Positions 16,990 to 26,763 of a DNA stretch of 64,000 nt are shown here, piece after piece (position 1 is the first letter of the stretch; each line of letters starts with the position of its first letter). The position numbers were made by a program, and so were the translations under genes. The stretch comes from a virus, in the IMG/VR virus record IMGVR_UViG_3300045988_159775; one strand, 5' to 3'. The notes under the pieces are model-generated. The model was not told the DNA's origin and did not search any database. It saw only the letters and a program-made list of their open reading frames with translations.

Positions 16990-17297
16990 TTCTTCTTTTT
17001 TGTTAAAGGGTTAAATATTTCCCAACCTGCTATGTGAGTTAAACTCCATTCTCCATTATCATCCTTTCGGATTATTTTTACAAACCTTTTTCTAAATTCT
17101 GTTGGTGAGGGAGAAGTAGCAAACTTGAAACGGTCATCGTACCTGCCGTTACGTTTTTGATCTGAAAAGGGCGCTACTTTCACCAATTCACCTTTCTTCC
17201 AAGGACGCGGTAGGTATTTATTGGTTGAGGACTTTTCCGGTAGTTCGTTAACTACAAGGAATTTTGGGAAACTCGATTCATTTAAAATTGCTTTCAT
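16986..17297 (-). CDS. hypothetical protein
   Basis: 103-aa ORF with an ATGA overlap to the downstream gene. Confidence 0.5.
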   Translation of the reverse strand: MKAILNESSFPKFLVVNELPEKSSTNKYLPRPWKKGELVKVAPFSDQKRNGRYDDRFKFATSPSPTEFRKRFVKIIRKDDNGEWSLTHIAGWEIFNPLTKKKK

Positions 17298-17328
17298 ACC
17301 ATAAGTTTTATATAGATTTATAAACTTT

Positions 17329-17374
17329 GGAAGAAAGAAAAAGAGAGGTAATAAGCAATGTTAAAACCTCTCTT
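17329..17374 (-). terminator. rho-independent terminator after the HU gene
   Basis: Minus strand AAGAGAGGT-N16-ACCTCTCTT followed by TTTCTTTCTTCC. Confidence 0.65.
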
Positions 17375-17429
17375 ATTCTTTGAAACGAAATGATTAATAA
17401 TATAAAATTTACTTTCTGTTTTGTAATTC

Positions 17430-17738
17430 TTACTTTTTAGCTTTCTTAGCAGCTGGTTTCTTAGTCTCGATTACTTTTCTCAGTTTGTAAGCCGCCTTGA
17501 AAATCATTGTATGAGTTTCTGGCACCTCAAGGGCTTCTCCGGTCATCGGATTACGTCCAGTATGAGCAGCACGCACTTGACGTTTGAATTTACCCAAGTC
17601 AAGCAATTGAAGTTCCTCTCCACGCTCAATAACGGCTTCCGCGATAATAGGCTGCATGGTTGTGATAACGACATTAACGTCCGTTTGAGATAATCCAGTT
17701 TTTTTAGCGATCTCTTTTACAAGTTCATCTTTTTTCAT
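17430..17738 (-). CDS. hup: HU/IHF-family histone-like DNA-binding protein
   Basis: MKKDELVKEIAKKTGLSQTDV...GKFKRQVRAAHTGRNPMTGEALEVPETHTMIFKA is a canonical HU arm and fold signature. Confidence 0.9.
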   Translation of the reverse strand: MKKDELVKEIAKKTGLSQTDVNVVITTMQPIIAEAVIERGEELQLLDLGKFKRQVRAAHTGRNPMTGEALEVPETHTMIFKAAYKLRKVIETKKPAAKKAKK

Positions 17739-17793
17739 TTTTACAAAAATTTTAGTTAAACATAATTTTAAACATACTTATATTTGAATTTTT

Positions 17794-18228
17794 CTATATC
17801 TCTATGATATTCATGCCATTTTCCTTAAGGACTTCCAGAAGATGCTTCATTTTCCTATCCCGCATTTCCTCGTTCCGATACCAAATGTACAAATCGGTTT
17901 TCTGGATAAACTGCCCCGGCGTCAAGCCTTTATTTATAACTATGCCGTATTCCCAGTGCGGTCTCGGACTCTCTACAAACCGCATTTCCGGCTCTATGGT
18001 ACTTAAATCCCAAGCCGTCATAGTTATTCCCTCTGATTTGAAATGTAGTATTGTCTTTGAAAGCCGGGTTTTCATATCCTCTTCCGGCTTCTGATCTTCA
18101 TCCTCGTAGTCCTCGTCATAAGAATCGTCATAGTTAGTGGTTCTTTTGACCTTGCTGACGTTTTCTCTACGAATCCTAACGGGTTTACTGGATTCCTCCT
18201 TGATTTGACTTAAACGAACCTTTACCAT
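17794..18228 (-). CDS. hypothetical protein
   Basis: 144-aa ORF with an acidic stretch (DDSYDEDYEDEDQ). Confidence 0.5.
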   Translation of the reverse strand: MVKVRLSQIKEESSKPVRIRRENVSKVKRTTNYDDSYDEDYEDEDQKPEEDMKTRLSKTILHFKSEGITMTAWDLSTIEPEMRFVESPRPHWEYGIVINKGLTPGQFIQKTDLYIWYRNEEMRDRKMKHLLEVLKENGMNIIEI

Positions 18229-18230
18229 GA

Positions 18231-18725
18231 CTATACGTTTTTTGTATTAGCGTAAATTATACAAGGAGAATTATTTCTTTCAGCGATAAACGTAGTTCCA
18301 TTGTAAATAATCCTGACTACTGTACCGATACAAAAATCACTGGTGTAATAATTTGGATGAATCATTGTTACTTCCAAAGTAGAATCCTTTGGAAAGAATG
18401 ATTTATACCTCCAACCCTCTTCATCAGTTTCTTTCCAATCCGGATGAACGGAAAGATATGCTATTTCTTCTACCTTGCATCCAAGTTCTTTTGCTACTAT
18501 ATCGTAGTAAATTTGTAAGCTTGGAAATTTACTGATAATGTCTGCAATTTCTTGAGAAGCAGTATTTAACTTTTGTTTGTTTTTGTAATACTCATATTTT
18601 ACTCTGTAATACTTAACACTTTTATTTGCTTCTTTGAGATTCTGACATAACTCTTGATTAATTTCTCTTTGGATTTTTAATTCTTTTCTCAAAATCCTTT
18701 TTGCTATCGCTTTTACAATTTTCAT
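18231..18725 (-). CDS. hypothetical protein
   Basis: The track start at 18806 is TTG. The first ATG is at 18725 (MKIVKAIAKR). Confidence 0.45.
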   Translation of the reverse strand: MKIVKAIAKRILRKELKIQREINQELCQNLKEANKSVKYYRVKYEYYKNKQKLNTASQEIADIISKFPSLQIYYDIVAKELGCKVEEIAYLSVHPDWKETDEEGWRYKSFFPKDSTLEVTMIHPNYYTSDFCIGTVVRIIYNGTTFIAERNNSPCIIYANTKNV

Positions 18726-18881
18726 ACCGTTATCGAAATTTTGATATTTAATAACTGAAGTAACCTTGAACACTCTTTCCCCCTTATAGATCAAAGAAAG
18801 TAGCAAAGAAAATCTATCAAATTCTTTTTCTTAGTTTCTCTATTCAAAGTATTATAGAGTTAATACTAAGAACTCTAAAAT

Positions 18882-18906
18882 AAGAAAAAACGTCCCCTAC
18901 GGGGAC
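18882..18906 (-). terminator. rho-independent terminator after the methyltransferase gene
   Basis: GTCCCC-GTA-GGGGAC followed by GTTTTTTCTTATTTT on the minus strand. Confidence 0.65.
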
Positions 18907-18940
18907 TCAAAAAAGAAACAAAAGTCTCTTTTTGGGCAAT

Positions 18941-20359
18941 TTACTTTTTGAGAATTTGACGGTAAATTTCCTTTGATATAGCTTTTATTACTGGGATAGC
19001 TACGCTGTTACCGAATTGCTTGTAAGATTCGGTATTTGAAACCGCTATTTTAAACTCCATATTGTCCTTATACCTATCTTTTGACTTCTTATTCATCCAG
19101 CCGTTTCCCTCTATGAAATATCCTTGTAACCGTCCGGCTTCTACTGGAGTTAACTTCCTTGGGTTCTTTCCTTTGTCGGCTTGATAAATTAGTATTTCGT
19201 TCGCATCTTTATAGTATCTTGCTAAGAGAGTTGAACAATATTCACTATCTCTATCCCAAAGTGAATATCCAAAGCCATTGCCTTTCTTTTCATTCCTTTT
19301 CTTTCTTCTTTGATAACCACGTAGAGCAACGTCACTAATAGAGTAATGATCAGTTGTTGATTCTGGCTCGAATATATCCGAAAGTTTTGTTTTGATTTTT
19401 TCTTCTTGTACCTTTTGAGGATCATAAATATGCGTTCCATTCGGTTTTAATCCGTAAGGGAAATTAAAATCTTTGATATGTATTGTTTTATTATACCAAG
19501 CTATTATAAACAAACGCTCACGATTTTGAGGAACACCAAAATTTTTAGCATTCAAAACTTCATATCTATAAGAATATCCCAATTCAGAAAGAGTCTCCAA
19601 TATAACTCTCAAAGTCTCTCCTTTCTCGTGATTCTTTAATCCTTTTACGTTTTCTAAGAAAAGAACCCTTGGCGCCTTGGCGTTTTGTACCTTTTCCTTA
19701 ACTATACTGGCTATATTGAAAAACAACGTACCCCTTGTATCCTCAAATCCCTTTCTTTTTCCAGCAATAGAAAAAGGTTGACAAGGGAATCCTGCACAAA
19801 GTATATCGAAGTCCGGTATTTCTGAAAGTTTCTGTTTTGTTATATCGGAATTGAATAACTTGTAATCATTCTCAAATAAGTTTGGAGAAATATCTTTGTA
19901 ATTATGTTCATAGGTTATTCGGGCGTTCTTATCAATTTCACTCGCAAATACGCATTTAGCTCCAAGAGAATGCAGAGACTGATGAAAACCTCCTATTCCC
20001 GCAAACAAATCTATGAAAGTTACACGTTCAGAATTGCGTGACTCGTAAGCATTGATCTTTTCATTAGAATAAATCCCTACCTTAGAACTATGAAAGTCAC
20101 TTCCATTGTGGTTTACGGCATTGCTACAGTAACGTTTCGTCAGTCTATCTCTCGCGTTTACTAACTTCTCCCGTTTACGTATCGCGTACTGAACTTGACC
20201 GGGTATAGTTCCGTCTACCCAAAGGGCGTCTTTCAGTATTCTTTCTCGTTCTTTGGGAGGCATATTCATTGCCCTTGATACGAGATTGAGAAAGCGTTCC
20301 TCTTTTGTTATAGCCCAAGATATTTTCTTTATAACTCTTTGTGCAGTTTCTACGTTCAT
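18941..20359 (-). CDS. dcm: DNA (cytosine-5)-methyltransferase with an N-terminal extension of about 110 aa
   Basis: Motifs I FIDLFAGIGGF, IV GFPCQPFS, VI ENVKGL, VIII QNRERLFII and X GNSVAIPV. Confidence 0.9.
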   Translation of the reverse strand: MNVETAQRVIKKISWAITKEERFLNLVSRAMNMPPKERERILKDALWVDGTIPGQVQYAIRKREKLVNARDRLTKRYCSNAVNHNGSDFHSSKVGIYSNEKINAYESRNSERVTFIDLFAGIGGFHQSLHSLGAKCVFASEIDKNARITYEHNYKDISPNLFENDYKLFNSDITKQKLSEIPDFDILCAGFPCQPFSIAGKRKGFEDTRGTLFFNIASIVKEKVQNAKAPRVLFLENVKGLKNHEKGETLRVILETLSELGYSYRYEVLNAKNFGVPQNRERLFIIAWYNKTIHIKDFNFPYGLKPNGTHIYDPQKVQEEKIKTKLSDIFEPESTTDHYSISDVALRGYQRRKKRNEKKGNGFGYSLWDRDSEYCSTLLARYYKDANEILIYQADKGKNPRKLTPVEAGRLQGYFIEGNGWMNKKSKDRYKDNMEFKIAVSNTESYKQFGNSVAIPVIKAISKEIYRQILKK

Positions 20360-20610
20360 GATTTTGCTTTTTGTTCTTCCTCAAACCAAATTCTTGCTTC
20401 TTTCCGGATTCTTGCCTCACGCTTCTCTTCCGTTTCTCCAAAAGCTAATATAAGTATGTACCCTATTATGGGGCTGAAGATCATACTCAATATAGTCCAA
20501 CCTAAAAAATTCCTACCTCTTTGATCTGCTAAGAATCCGATTGGCCAGCAGACGGCAAAGTATATTGTTAAGAAACAAAATACCGTTAAAATAGTTTCTG
20601 ATTGTGTCAT
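20356..20610 (-). CDS. small membrane protein
   Basis: Two hydrophobic spans followed by a charged tail (ETEEKREARIRKEARIWFEEEQKAKS). Confidence 0.5.
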   Translation of the reverse strand: MTQSETILTVFCFLTIYFAVCWPIGFLADQRGRNFLGWTILSMIFSPIIGYILILAFGETEEKREARIRKEARIWFEEEQKAKS

Positions 20611-20631
20611 AATTTTCTCTCCTTATTTTGA

Positions 20632-20802
20632 TTAGTAAAATACGTAATTACAAAAGTCTGTTATCCAACTCATAACGCGTATGAACGGATATAAAGCGGC
20701 AAAGAATATAAGAACTAAACAAAACGTTTTCCAAATCTCCCGGTAAGGATGGCGGAGAACCTTGTTCCCAAACCGTCCATTGATTATTTCTAAAATCTTC
20801 AT
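20632..20802 (-). CDS. small membrane ORF (56 aa, below the track cutoff)
   Basis: Hand translation gives MKILEIINGRFGNKVLRHPYREIWKTFCLVLIFFAALYPFIRVMSWITDFCNYVFY. It fills the gap between two neighbouring genes. Confidence 0.3.
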   Translation of the reverse strand: MKILEIINGRFGNKVLRHPYREIWKTFCLVLIFFAALYPFIRVMSWITDFCNYVFY

Positions 20803-20803
20803 A

Positions 20804-21244
20804 TTATTCTGCCTCTACTGATTCAAGAAAATATTCCGTTAACACATCTCCAAGTTCCTTAAAATCTTTAAGGACTCTGTATTTTTCTAAATCTTTCTCA
20901 CTCCCGTATCCCAGTTCTTCAAGACACGTTTCATCGAGATATTCTGGATTGGGAGAAAAGAATTTTTCAGCAGCCGTCTTTATACGGTCAACGTATTCTT
21001 GAGGGAATTCTCTGTCTAATAAATTTATATTTCTCCTATTCAAGAAATATTGAATATATTCCATGAGTATTTTTGCTACGTTTTCCCAAGACTTATCATA
21101 CTTCAAATTTATTGGCCAACCTAAAGCCTTGCGAAATTGATTTGTTAACAAATCTACTGTTTCTTGATTAATATCTCTATTTCTATTAATGCTTGTAATA
21201 CAAGTGATAATTTCTTGTTTTGTAAGATCTACTGTTGCTTTCAT
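20804..21244 (-). CDS. hypothetical protein (first gene behind cassette B)
   Basis: 146-aa ORF starting MKATVD, directly downstream of promoter cassette B. Confidence 0.55.
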   Translation of the reverse strand: MKATVDLTKQEIITCITSINRNRDINQETVDLLTNQFRKALGWPINLKYDKSWENVAKILMEYIQYFLNRRNINLLDREFPQEYVDRIKTAAEKFFSPNPEYLDETCLEELGYGSEKDLEKYRVLKDFKELGDVLTEYFLESVEAE

Positions 21245-21326
21245 AATTTTTCTGTATTCTATTAGTTTTACAATTTGTTTTTCGATTATGAGTACAAAGG
21301 TAAGGGTTTTGAGAATATCTACAAAA
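21245..21326 (-). repeat. promoter/leader cassette copy B (core only)
   Basis: Near-identical to the promoter-proximal half of copies A and C. It lacks the distal 57-bp module. Confidence 0.9.
21295..21325 (-). promoter_or_regulatory. Bacteroidetes-type promoter
   Basis: Minus strand TTTG-N19-TACCTTTG, identical to copy A. Confidence 0.7.
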
Positions 21327-21328
21327 TA

Positions 21329-21361
21329 AAAGTCATAAAATCTTTGGGAAATTATGACTTT
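21329..21361 (-). terminator. rho-independent terminator
   Basis: Minus strand AAAGTCATAA-N13-TTATGACTTT followed by TATTTTGT, 38 nt after the 21399 stop. Confidence 0.6.
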
Positions 21362-21398
21362 TAAACTTATTCCATATCTAATATGGGAATTATGCCAA

Positions 21399-22832
21399 TT
21401 AAATCGCTTCTATATCAGACTTCCATTCTGGAGTTTCAAGTAAATCCTTTAATTCCCGTCCGGTTATAACGGGATATGGATAAACTCTTTCTTGTTCTCC
21501 CTCTGAAACGGTACGATAGATCGGAGGATACCAGCGATCATATTCTTCAAGATGTACTACGGCTTCCGTCTGCGCTACGTTTGTAATACGAATTGACCAA
21601 TTATCATCCTTTGAATAAAGTTCGTCCATAGGAATGACAATATATTTTTGATAATCTGATAAATTATCGCTTGGCGTATATTCCGCAACGTCATCTGAGG
21701 TTAACGTCCTAACGGATTTTGAACCGGGGAATTGCTTTGCTATTTCCTCGTCCATCTCTTCTTGAGTCATTACTCCTTTATAAAGGACTACTTTGTAGAA
21801 TGCACAAGTAGTAGGCGCTGCACCGCTTTGTCCGCCCTCTTGATCGAAAAGATAAAAACCGTTCAAGTGTAAGAAATTGAACTTATAATCTTCCAATCCA
21901 CTATTTGTAATGCTATAAACTAATTCAGCATCTGGTAGTACTACTTTTGGATCAGCGGTTCTTGTGGAATACAAATAACTATAACCTCTTACTCCCCTTA
22001 CATAAATCGTATCTGGAAGAGGTGTAGCATATCTGAATAACCTCGCATACGTTTGTATATCTGCGCTCTCTCTAAAGAATGAACAAAGAAACGTAACAGA
22101 GACATTATTGTTATAAATAGGATGATAATCAGCCAATATTGTAAAATCTTCTCCAACTCCTATCGTATCGGCAAGGGAGATAGAAACGCGATCATCATAG
22201 CCGTCAAATACCAATGCTCCCTCGTAATTAGCAGGAAGTAACTTAATAGTTATTGGAACGTTTTCTTGTCCCTCTGCTAATTTAGCAAAAAATATGCCTA
22301 TGGACAAACTTGTCTCACTTTCTTCAAAAATATGTTCATCGCTATAAGGATAAGATTGTATTCCATTAGTCTCTGTCCTTGTAGTATAACGGTTGGCTGA
22401 TCCGTCTCTCCATGAATATGTCGTTAAAACAGTACCCTCAATGAGTCCGCTCACTTCAAAATTAAAACCAAGAACTTCTTTAGTTACTCTTTGAGTAGTA
22501 CCACTGGGATTAATAGCTAATATCCAAGTAGATTCCGTTGGATTATTTACAGTACGCGTTAAATTAGTATCAATAACTTCCAAAGAGGAAGTTGTATACG
22601 TCCATTCGCTTATGGAAGTCGAATACATCCCATATCCACTCGAACCAGCAAAAGCGAAATTTCTCAAATTAAGAATATGACCTTTCTCTCCAACCATTTG
22701 TTCTGGATTAGGGCTATCATTATTCTTAGTAGAAAAATCCCAAGCATCAAACAACTTATACGTTTTACCCCCGCCACCGGAAGCGCGGTATGCAGGGGTA
22801 ATATTTCCTAATTTTCCAAAACGTCCTAACAT
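21399..22832 (-). CDS. LamG/concanavalin-A-like lectin domain protein
   Basis: GALVFDGYDDRVSISLADTIGVGEDFTILADYHPI is a typical Laminin_G_3-type block. The rest is unknown. Confidence 0.5.
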   Translation of the reverse strand: MLGRFGKLGNITPAYRASGGGGKTYKLFDAWDFSTKNNDSPNPEQMVGEKGHILNLRNFAFAGSSGYGMYSTSISEWTYTTSSLEVIDTNLTRTVNNPTESTWILAINPSGTTQRVTKEVLGFNFEVSGLIEGTVLTTYSWRDGSANRYTTRTETNGIQSYPYSDEHIFEESETSLSIGIFFAKLAEGQENVPITIKLLPANYEGALVFDGYDDRVSISLADTIGVGEDFTILADYHPIYNNNVSVTFLCSFFRESADIQTYARLFRYATPLPDTIYVRGVRGYSYLYSTRTADPKVVLPDAELVYSITNSGLEDYKFNFLHLNGFYLFDQEGGQSGAAPTTCAFYKVVLYKGVMTQEEMDEEIAKQFPGSKSVRTLTSDDVAEYTPSDNLSDYQKYIVIPMDELYSKDDNWSIRITNVAQTEAVVHLEEYDRWYPPIYRTVSEGEQERVYPYPVITGRELKDLLETPEWKSDIEAI

Positions 22833-22839
22833 AGCGCGT

Positions 22840-23103
22840 TTAGTACATTACGTTAATTTGACCACTTACAAGCTCCAGTTGACGTTCTAAGAAGAAATAC
22901 TCAGTCTCTCCCTCCGATAGAAGTACGCCATCACCTGCGTCACCGTTTTGCTTGATTCTTGCTTCTCCTCCTACAGCCTTAATTCTTACGAATTGAGGAA
23001 TGGGGATGTCGGTTACTACTCCGGCTGCGGAAACGTCCAAACCTATGCCAATACGTGATACCTGAACGGTACGTGAATTACAATCTACATACAAATTTTT
23101 CAT
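22840..23103 (-). CDS. hypothetical protein
   Basis: 87-aa ORF. Confidence 0.45.
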   Translation of the reverse strand: MKNLYVDCNSRTVQVSRIGIGLDVSAAGVVTDIPIPQFVRIKAVGGEARIKQNGDAGDGVLLSEGETEYFFLERQLELVSGQINVMY

Positions 23104-23116
23104 AATCTTACAAAAT

Positions 23117-24286
23117 TTAAATTAGTTCATATTTCTTTCTTATCTTATCCACTTCTTCTACGCTCAAAGCGGCTGACCATTGTAAGTCCTTTAGAATCTC
23201 TTGGGAAAGCGCTTGAGCTTCCTTTTTAGCTTTGGGAGTTAAGTAAAATTTTTCGTTATCTTTCATCAAGAAAGCAACACGCGGAAGAACCGTGTCAGCC
23301 GCTTCTACCATCTTTTCACGGAATACCGGATTAAACCATGAGCCGGAATCCTTTCTTTGGAAGTCTTTCAGGTTTGAAACTCCAATGTCCCACTTTTCCT
23401 CGTTCTTGGATTCTAAATCCCAATCACAACTTGCTACCTTTCCCCAATGGTCTGAGTATCGGTATACGTCACCCGTAGTTCGATCAACGAGATATTGAGA
23501 AGAACTCTTTGGACTTTTATGGAAATCATACCGTTTGTCGGCTTTCATCTTCTTCCAACGCTCACTCACTTCGCGGTATCCGTCCTCACGTTTCATTATT
23601 CCCTTGAACGTAGTTTCTGTTTCCAAGAAGTAATCGTCAACCGTTACTTCCGGCATAATCTCTTTTGCTGTTCCGGTACGGGGTATCCGCTTACGGACTT
23701 CATCGAACATTCGCCGGGCTTCTTCAAAGGACTTTTGTACGTGCTCTACGTCATACTCTTTCTTTCCCGTCTTACTTTCTCTTTTCTGACGGGAATCTTC
23801 TTTGGCTGCGGCATCTATTTCCTTTATTTCATCCTCCAAATCACGTTGTTCTTCCCGTAGACGTTTCAAGAACTCATTACGTTCCGTCTCTCCCAACCAA
23901 GCTCTCTGAAAGAAAAAGTTATATTGTACCGTCCCTTTAGGGAATTTATTATCTAAGGATTTTTCAAACTCTCGTTGTACATTTTCCCAAGAATTCTTAA
24001 TGTCTTCTTGACGGGCGCGGATTTGTTTCTTTACTCCTGATCCGGCTACTTGCTTTTCTTTGCCGTTCGTTACCTTTACCCAGCGTCCAACATCTACTTT
24101 CTTGTACTCTACGCCGCCCCACGTTCGAATTTCTCCGATAGCGGCGGCTGCTTTCTCAAAGTCATCCGTTTCGAAAGACTTGAGTATGCGGTTGCGAATC
24201 TCTTCGCGGTGTTTTAATATATCATACATAACAAAATAGGAAGTTACGAATTCAAAATTTACGTAACTTCCTATAATTGATTTCAA
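23117..24286 (-). CDS. hypothetical protein
   Basis: 389-aa ORF that is charged and helical-looking. No motif recognised. Confidence 0.55.
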   Translation of the reverse strand: MKSIIGSYVNFEFVTSYFVMYDILKHREEIRNRILKSFETDDFEKAAAAIGEIRTWGGVEYKKVDVGRWVKVTNGKEKQVAGSGVKKQIRARQEDIKNSWENVQREFEKSLDNKFPKGTVQYNFFFQRAWLGETERNEFLKRLREEQRDLEDEIKEIDAAAKEDSRQKRESKTGKKEYDVEHVQKSFEEARRMFDEVRKRIPRTGTAKEIMPEVTVDDYFLETETTFKGIMKREDGYREVSERWKKMKADKRYDFHKSPKSSSQYLVDRTTGDVYRYSDHWGKVASCDWDLESKNEEKWDIGVSNLKDFQRKDSGSWFNPVFREKMVEAADTVLPRVAFLMKDNEKFYLTPKAKKEAQALSQEILKDLQWSAALSVEEVDKIRKKYELI

Positions 24287-24534
24287 TGGGGTAATTCCAA
24301 AGTACTCTTCACTCGTTTCTTGCGCGGTACGGTATCCGTTCGTACTGAAGTGAGACGGTATTCATACGTCCGGTATATTACGGAGGTATCCGTTTGCGCT
24401 ACTTCTCTTTTGTATTGCTTCGCTGGAGGAATGTTAGGTTTCTCCAAGGCTAAAAGCACTGCGGCTGCTATTACCGCCACTATGATATACAAAAGTAGAA
24501 AACTGTCTTGGCGATCTTTTTTACAATTCTTCAT
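24283..24534 (-). CDS. small membrane protein
   Basis: One TM span (FLLLYIIVAVIAAAVLLAL) and an ATGA overlap with the next gene. Confidence 0.45.
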   Translation of the reverse strand: MKNCKKDRQDSFLLLYIIVAVIAAAVLLALEKPNIPPAKQYKREVAQTDTSVIYRTYEYRLTSVRTDTVPRKKRVKSTLELPH

Positions 24535-24703
24535 ATTCTACTTCTTCTGCTCTTTCGCGTATTCCCTTCAGTCTCTCCTTTTCTTTCTTGGTTCTAAATT
24601 TCTTACCAAGAATCTTTATTTCTATTTCACCCTCTTTTCTCTCCCTATCGTCAAAGAGATCGTAAAAATCAAACACGAAATGCTCAAATTCTGTATTAAA
24701 CAT
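24521..24703 (-). CDS. hypothetical protein
   Basis: 60-aa highly charged ORF. Confidence 0.4.
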   Translation of the reverse strand: MFNTEFEHFVFDFYDLFDDRERKEGEIEIKILGKKFRTKKEKERLKGIRERAEEVEYEEL

Positions 24704-24705
24704 CG

Positions 24706-25083
24706 TTATATAGTGTATTTTGGTAATTTATCAAATTCTCTATTTATCATAATGGATATACTATCCAAATTGTCTTGAGCTACTTCCCGATCTACGTATA
24801 GTTTTGAGCATAATACGCTGTGAATCTTTTCTCCAGAATTTTCAAATCTGAGATAAAAGAAGTATCCCAAAATTTCGTCTATCGTACCGTCTATCAATTT
24901 CTCCAATTTGTCTTCTTCTCCTATTGCACGAAGAATCGAAAAGGCGGTATTCTTGTCCATATGAGAAGTAAAAGAAGTATCCCAAAAATTCGTAATCACA
25001 ATATTACGATCTATGGCGATAACTGGAGAGATATATTTTAAATCCCTCAAATCCCATATCCGGTCGTTTATTACTACGTACAT
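24706..25083 (-). CDS. hypothetical protein
   Basis: 125-aa ORF. Confidence 0.5.
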   Translation of the reverse strand: MYVVINDRIWDLRDLKYISPVIAIDRNIVITNFWDTSFTSHMDKNTAFSILRAIGEEDKLEKLIDGTIDEILGYFFYLRFENSGEKIHSVLCSKLYVDREVAQDNLDSISIMINREFDKLPKYTI

Positions 25084-25153
25084 ATTTTTGGCTCTTTTGA
25101 GAAATACATTTTGAGAATTTTCTCTGTTTGTTCCTTATTACAATCAATTACAC

Positions 25154-25453
25154 TCATACTTCTTTTACAATTTCTTTTATCTTGAGTAACTTTGTACGAT
25201 TAAAGGGAACGCGGTATTTTTGCCGTAGGAAGTCTTGGACGCTTAAATAATATTCTTCTTCCTCCAAACTATATATCTTTTCATTTAGGTCAGGAGAATA
25301 GGCATTATCACGCATATCCCAAACTGCTGGAATAAGAAAATGAAAAACTCCCGATATGAATTTGCCGTTTCTTCGTAGCCTTACTACAGCGGTCAAAATA
25401 TATATCGGGGTTTTCTCTATCTCTCTGAATTCGTACAAAAGGGCTACTTTCAT
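25154..25453 (-). CDS. hypothetical protein
   Basis: 99-aa ORF with an ATGA overlap to the upstream gene. Confidence 0.5.
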   Translation of the reverse strand: MKVALLYEFREIEKTPIYILTAVVRLRRNGKFISGVFHFLIPAVWDMRDNAYSPDLNEKIYSLEEEEYYLSVQDFLRQKYRVPFNRTKLLKIKEIVKEV

Positions 25454-26565
25454 TTTACAAGCCCCTCCGGCAAATAGTTTATTCCGTAACGGGCAAACAG
25501 CGCTTGTACGCTTTCTATATTACAACTTTTACGGCTTTCACCGTTCTCAAAGAATTTCATATCTGAGGTTAGTCGGTAGCCTTTCATGATCAGTTTGAAT
25601 GCTTCCTTTTGAGCGTCTGATATCTTCTTTGCTACGATAGAACGCTTGTTAGGAAGAGCAATCCATTCGTCAATTGTAAGCAGTTTCTGATTAGGTTCAT
25701 CGCTCGTCTTAGTTTCGGTATTCTTAACCGGAGATTTGACCGTAGAAGCCTTGGAAGCCGCCTTTTTAGCAGGCTTCCCTTTCTTCGTAGACTCTTCCCC
25801 GGCTTTAGCTTTCGCACCGGGACGTTGTTTAAGTTCTGGACGTGTACGCCAATCGAATTTACCGGGGGCGTATTCAGTCCATACCCATTTACCATTCTTA
25901 TGGAGATCGCCTACTTTCTTTGTTTCCTTAGCGGCAAACGTCTCTTTCTTGGCGGGTTTTTCTGTTTTCTTCTCTTGCTTAGTTTCTTTCTTTTCGGACT
26001 TCTCAACTTTTTGTTCTAAAGCCTTTATGCCCTCTTCAGTAATATACCCGTCAAAATAGTATCCATCTTCTTCGCTAAGAGTTTTAACCATGCCCTTCAA
26101 AGACAAACTACCGATAGTAGCAGCAACGCTCTTAGCGCTCTTCTTCATTTCCGCTGAAACGTTCTCTAAAATATATTCAATTCCGCTATCGCCAGTTTCT
26201 TTTGCGCTCTTATATAATGCCTCAAGAACAGCGCGTTCGTTATCAGTCAAGCGAACTTCCTTTGCTTTTTCCTTTTCCAATTTAGCGATACCCTGAGCGG
26301 CGCGAAGAGCAGTCATACGATCAAAGACAATACCCTTTATAGTTTCATTAGTTACTTCTTTATCGCAAAAGATTTTCTCAAGAACTTCTACGTTATCCCA
26401 ATTATCAAGGACTGACGTTGCGAGTGCGCGGTTCTCTTTTGCTTCCGGACGTTTCTTGCTGGAGATGCTTGAAAGTTTTACGTTCTTAAACTCGTTCAAT
26501 GTTACAATACTCTGGTTAACTACTTCATTAGCTACGTTTGCGATTGGATTTTCGATAGTTTTCAT
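25450..26565 (-). CDS. hypothetical protein with a Lys-rich central tract (first gene behind cassette D)
   Basis: 371-aa ORF starting MKTIENP. It contains KKETKQEKKTEKPAKKET and KAKAGEESTKKGKPAKKAASKAS tracts. Confidence 0.55.
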   Translation of the reverse strand: MKTIENPIANVANEVVNQSIVTLNEFKNVKLSSISSKKRPEAKENRALATSVLDNWDNVEVLEKIFCDKEVTNETIKGIVFDRMTALRAAQGIAKLEKEKAKEVRLTDNERAVLEALYKSAKETGDSGIEYILENVSAEMKKSAKSVAATIGSLSLKGMVKTLSEEDGYYFDGYITEEGIKALEQKVEKSEKKETKQEKKTEKPAKKETFAAKETKKVGDLHKNGKWVWTEYAPGKFDWRTRPELKQRPGAKAKAGEESTKKGKPAKKAASKASTVKSPVKNTETKTSDEPNQKLLTIDEWIALPNKRSIVAKKISDAQKEAFKLIMKGYRLTSDMKFFENGESRKSCNIESVQALFARYGINYLPEGLVK

Positions 26566-26708
26566 AATTCTGTATTTTTAAGTTGTTATATTTCCTAACT
26601 TTGTTATGTGTTCCTTTCTAAGAACAGTACAAAGATAAGGACAATTATTGAGTCTACAAAATTCTTAACAAGAAATTTTTGTTTTTACCAAAGAATTTAA
26701 CTTTTGTT
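26566..26708 (-). repeat. promoter/leader cassette copy D (divergent)
   Basis: It shares the leader (ATTATGAAAAC..CAGAATTATG context), the promoter boxes and AACAAAAGTTAAATTCTTTGGTAAAAAC with the other copies. Confidence 0.7.
26630..26660 (-). promoter_or_regulatory. Bacteroidetes-type promoter
   Basis: Minus strand TTTG-TAGACTCAATAATTGTCCT-TATCTTTG (N19). Confidence 0.65.
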
Positions 26709-26733
26709 TATAAATATTGGGCAAATCAACAAT

Positions 26734-26763
26734 AAAAAAGTCCGATCTTCACAGACCAGACTT
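26734..26763 (-). terminator. rho-independent terminator
   Basis: Minus strand AAGTCTGGTC-TGTGAA-GATCGGACTT forms 10 bp with two G.U pairs, followed by TTTTTATTG. Confidence 0.55.

Noticed and set aside
24320-24778. 152-aa plus-strand ORF overlapping three minus-strand genes.
   Set aside because: The minus-strand ORFs are tightly coupled to each other (overlaps at 24283-24286 and 24521-24534) and fit the genome-wide orientation. The plus ORF has no promoter or SD context and a hydrophobic, low-complexity composition typical of antisense frames.
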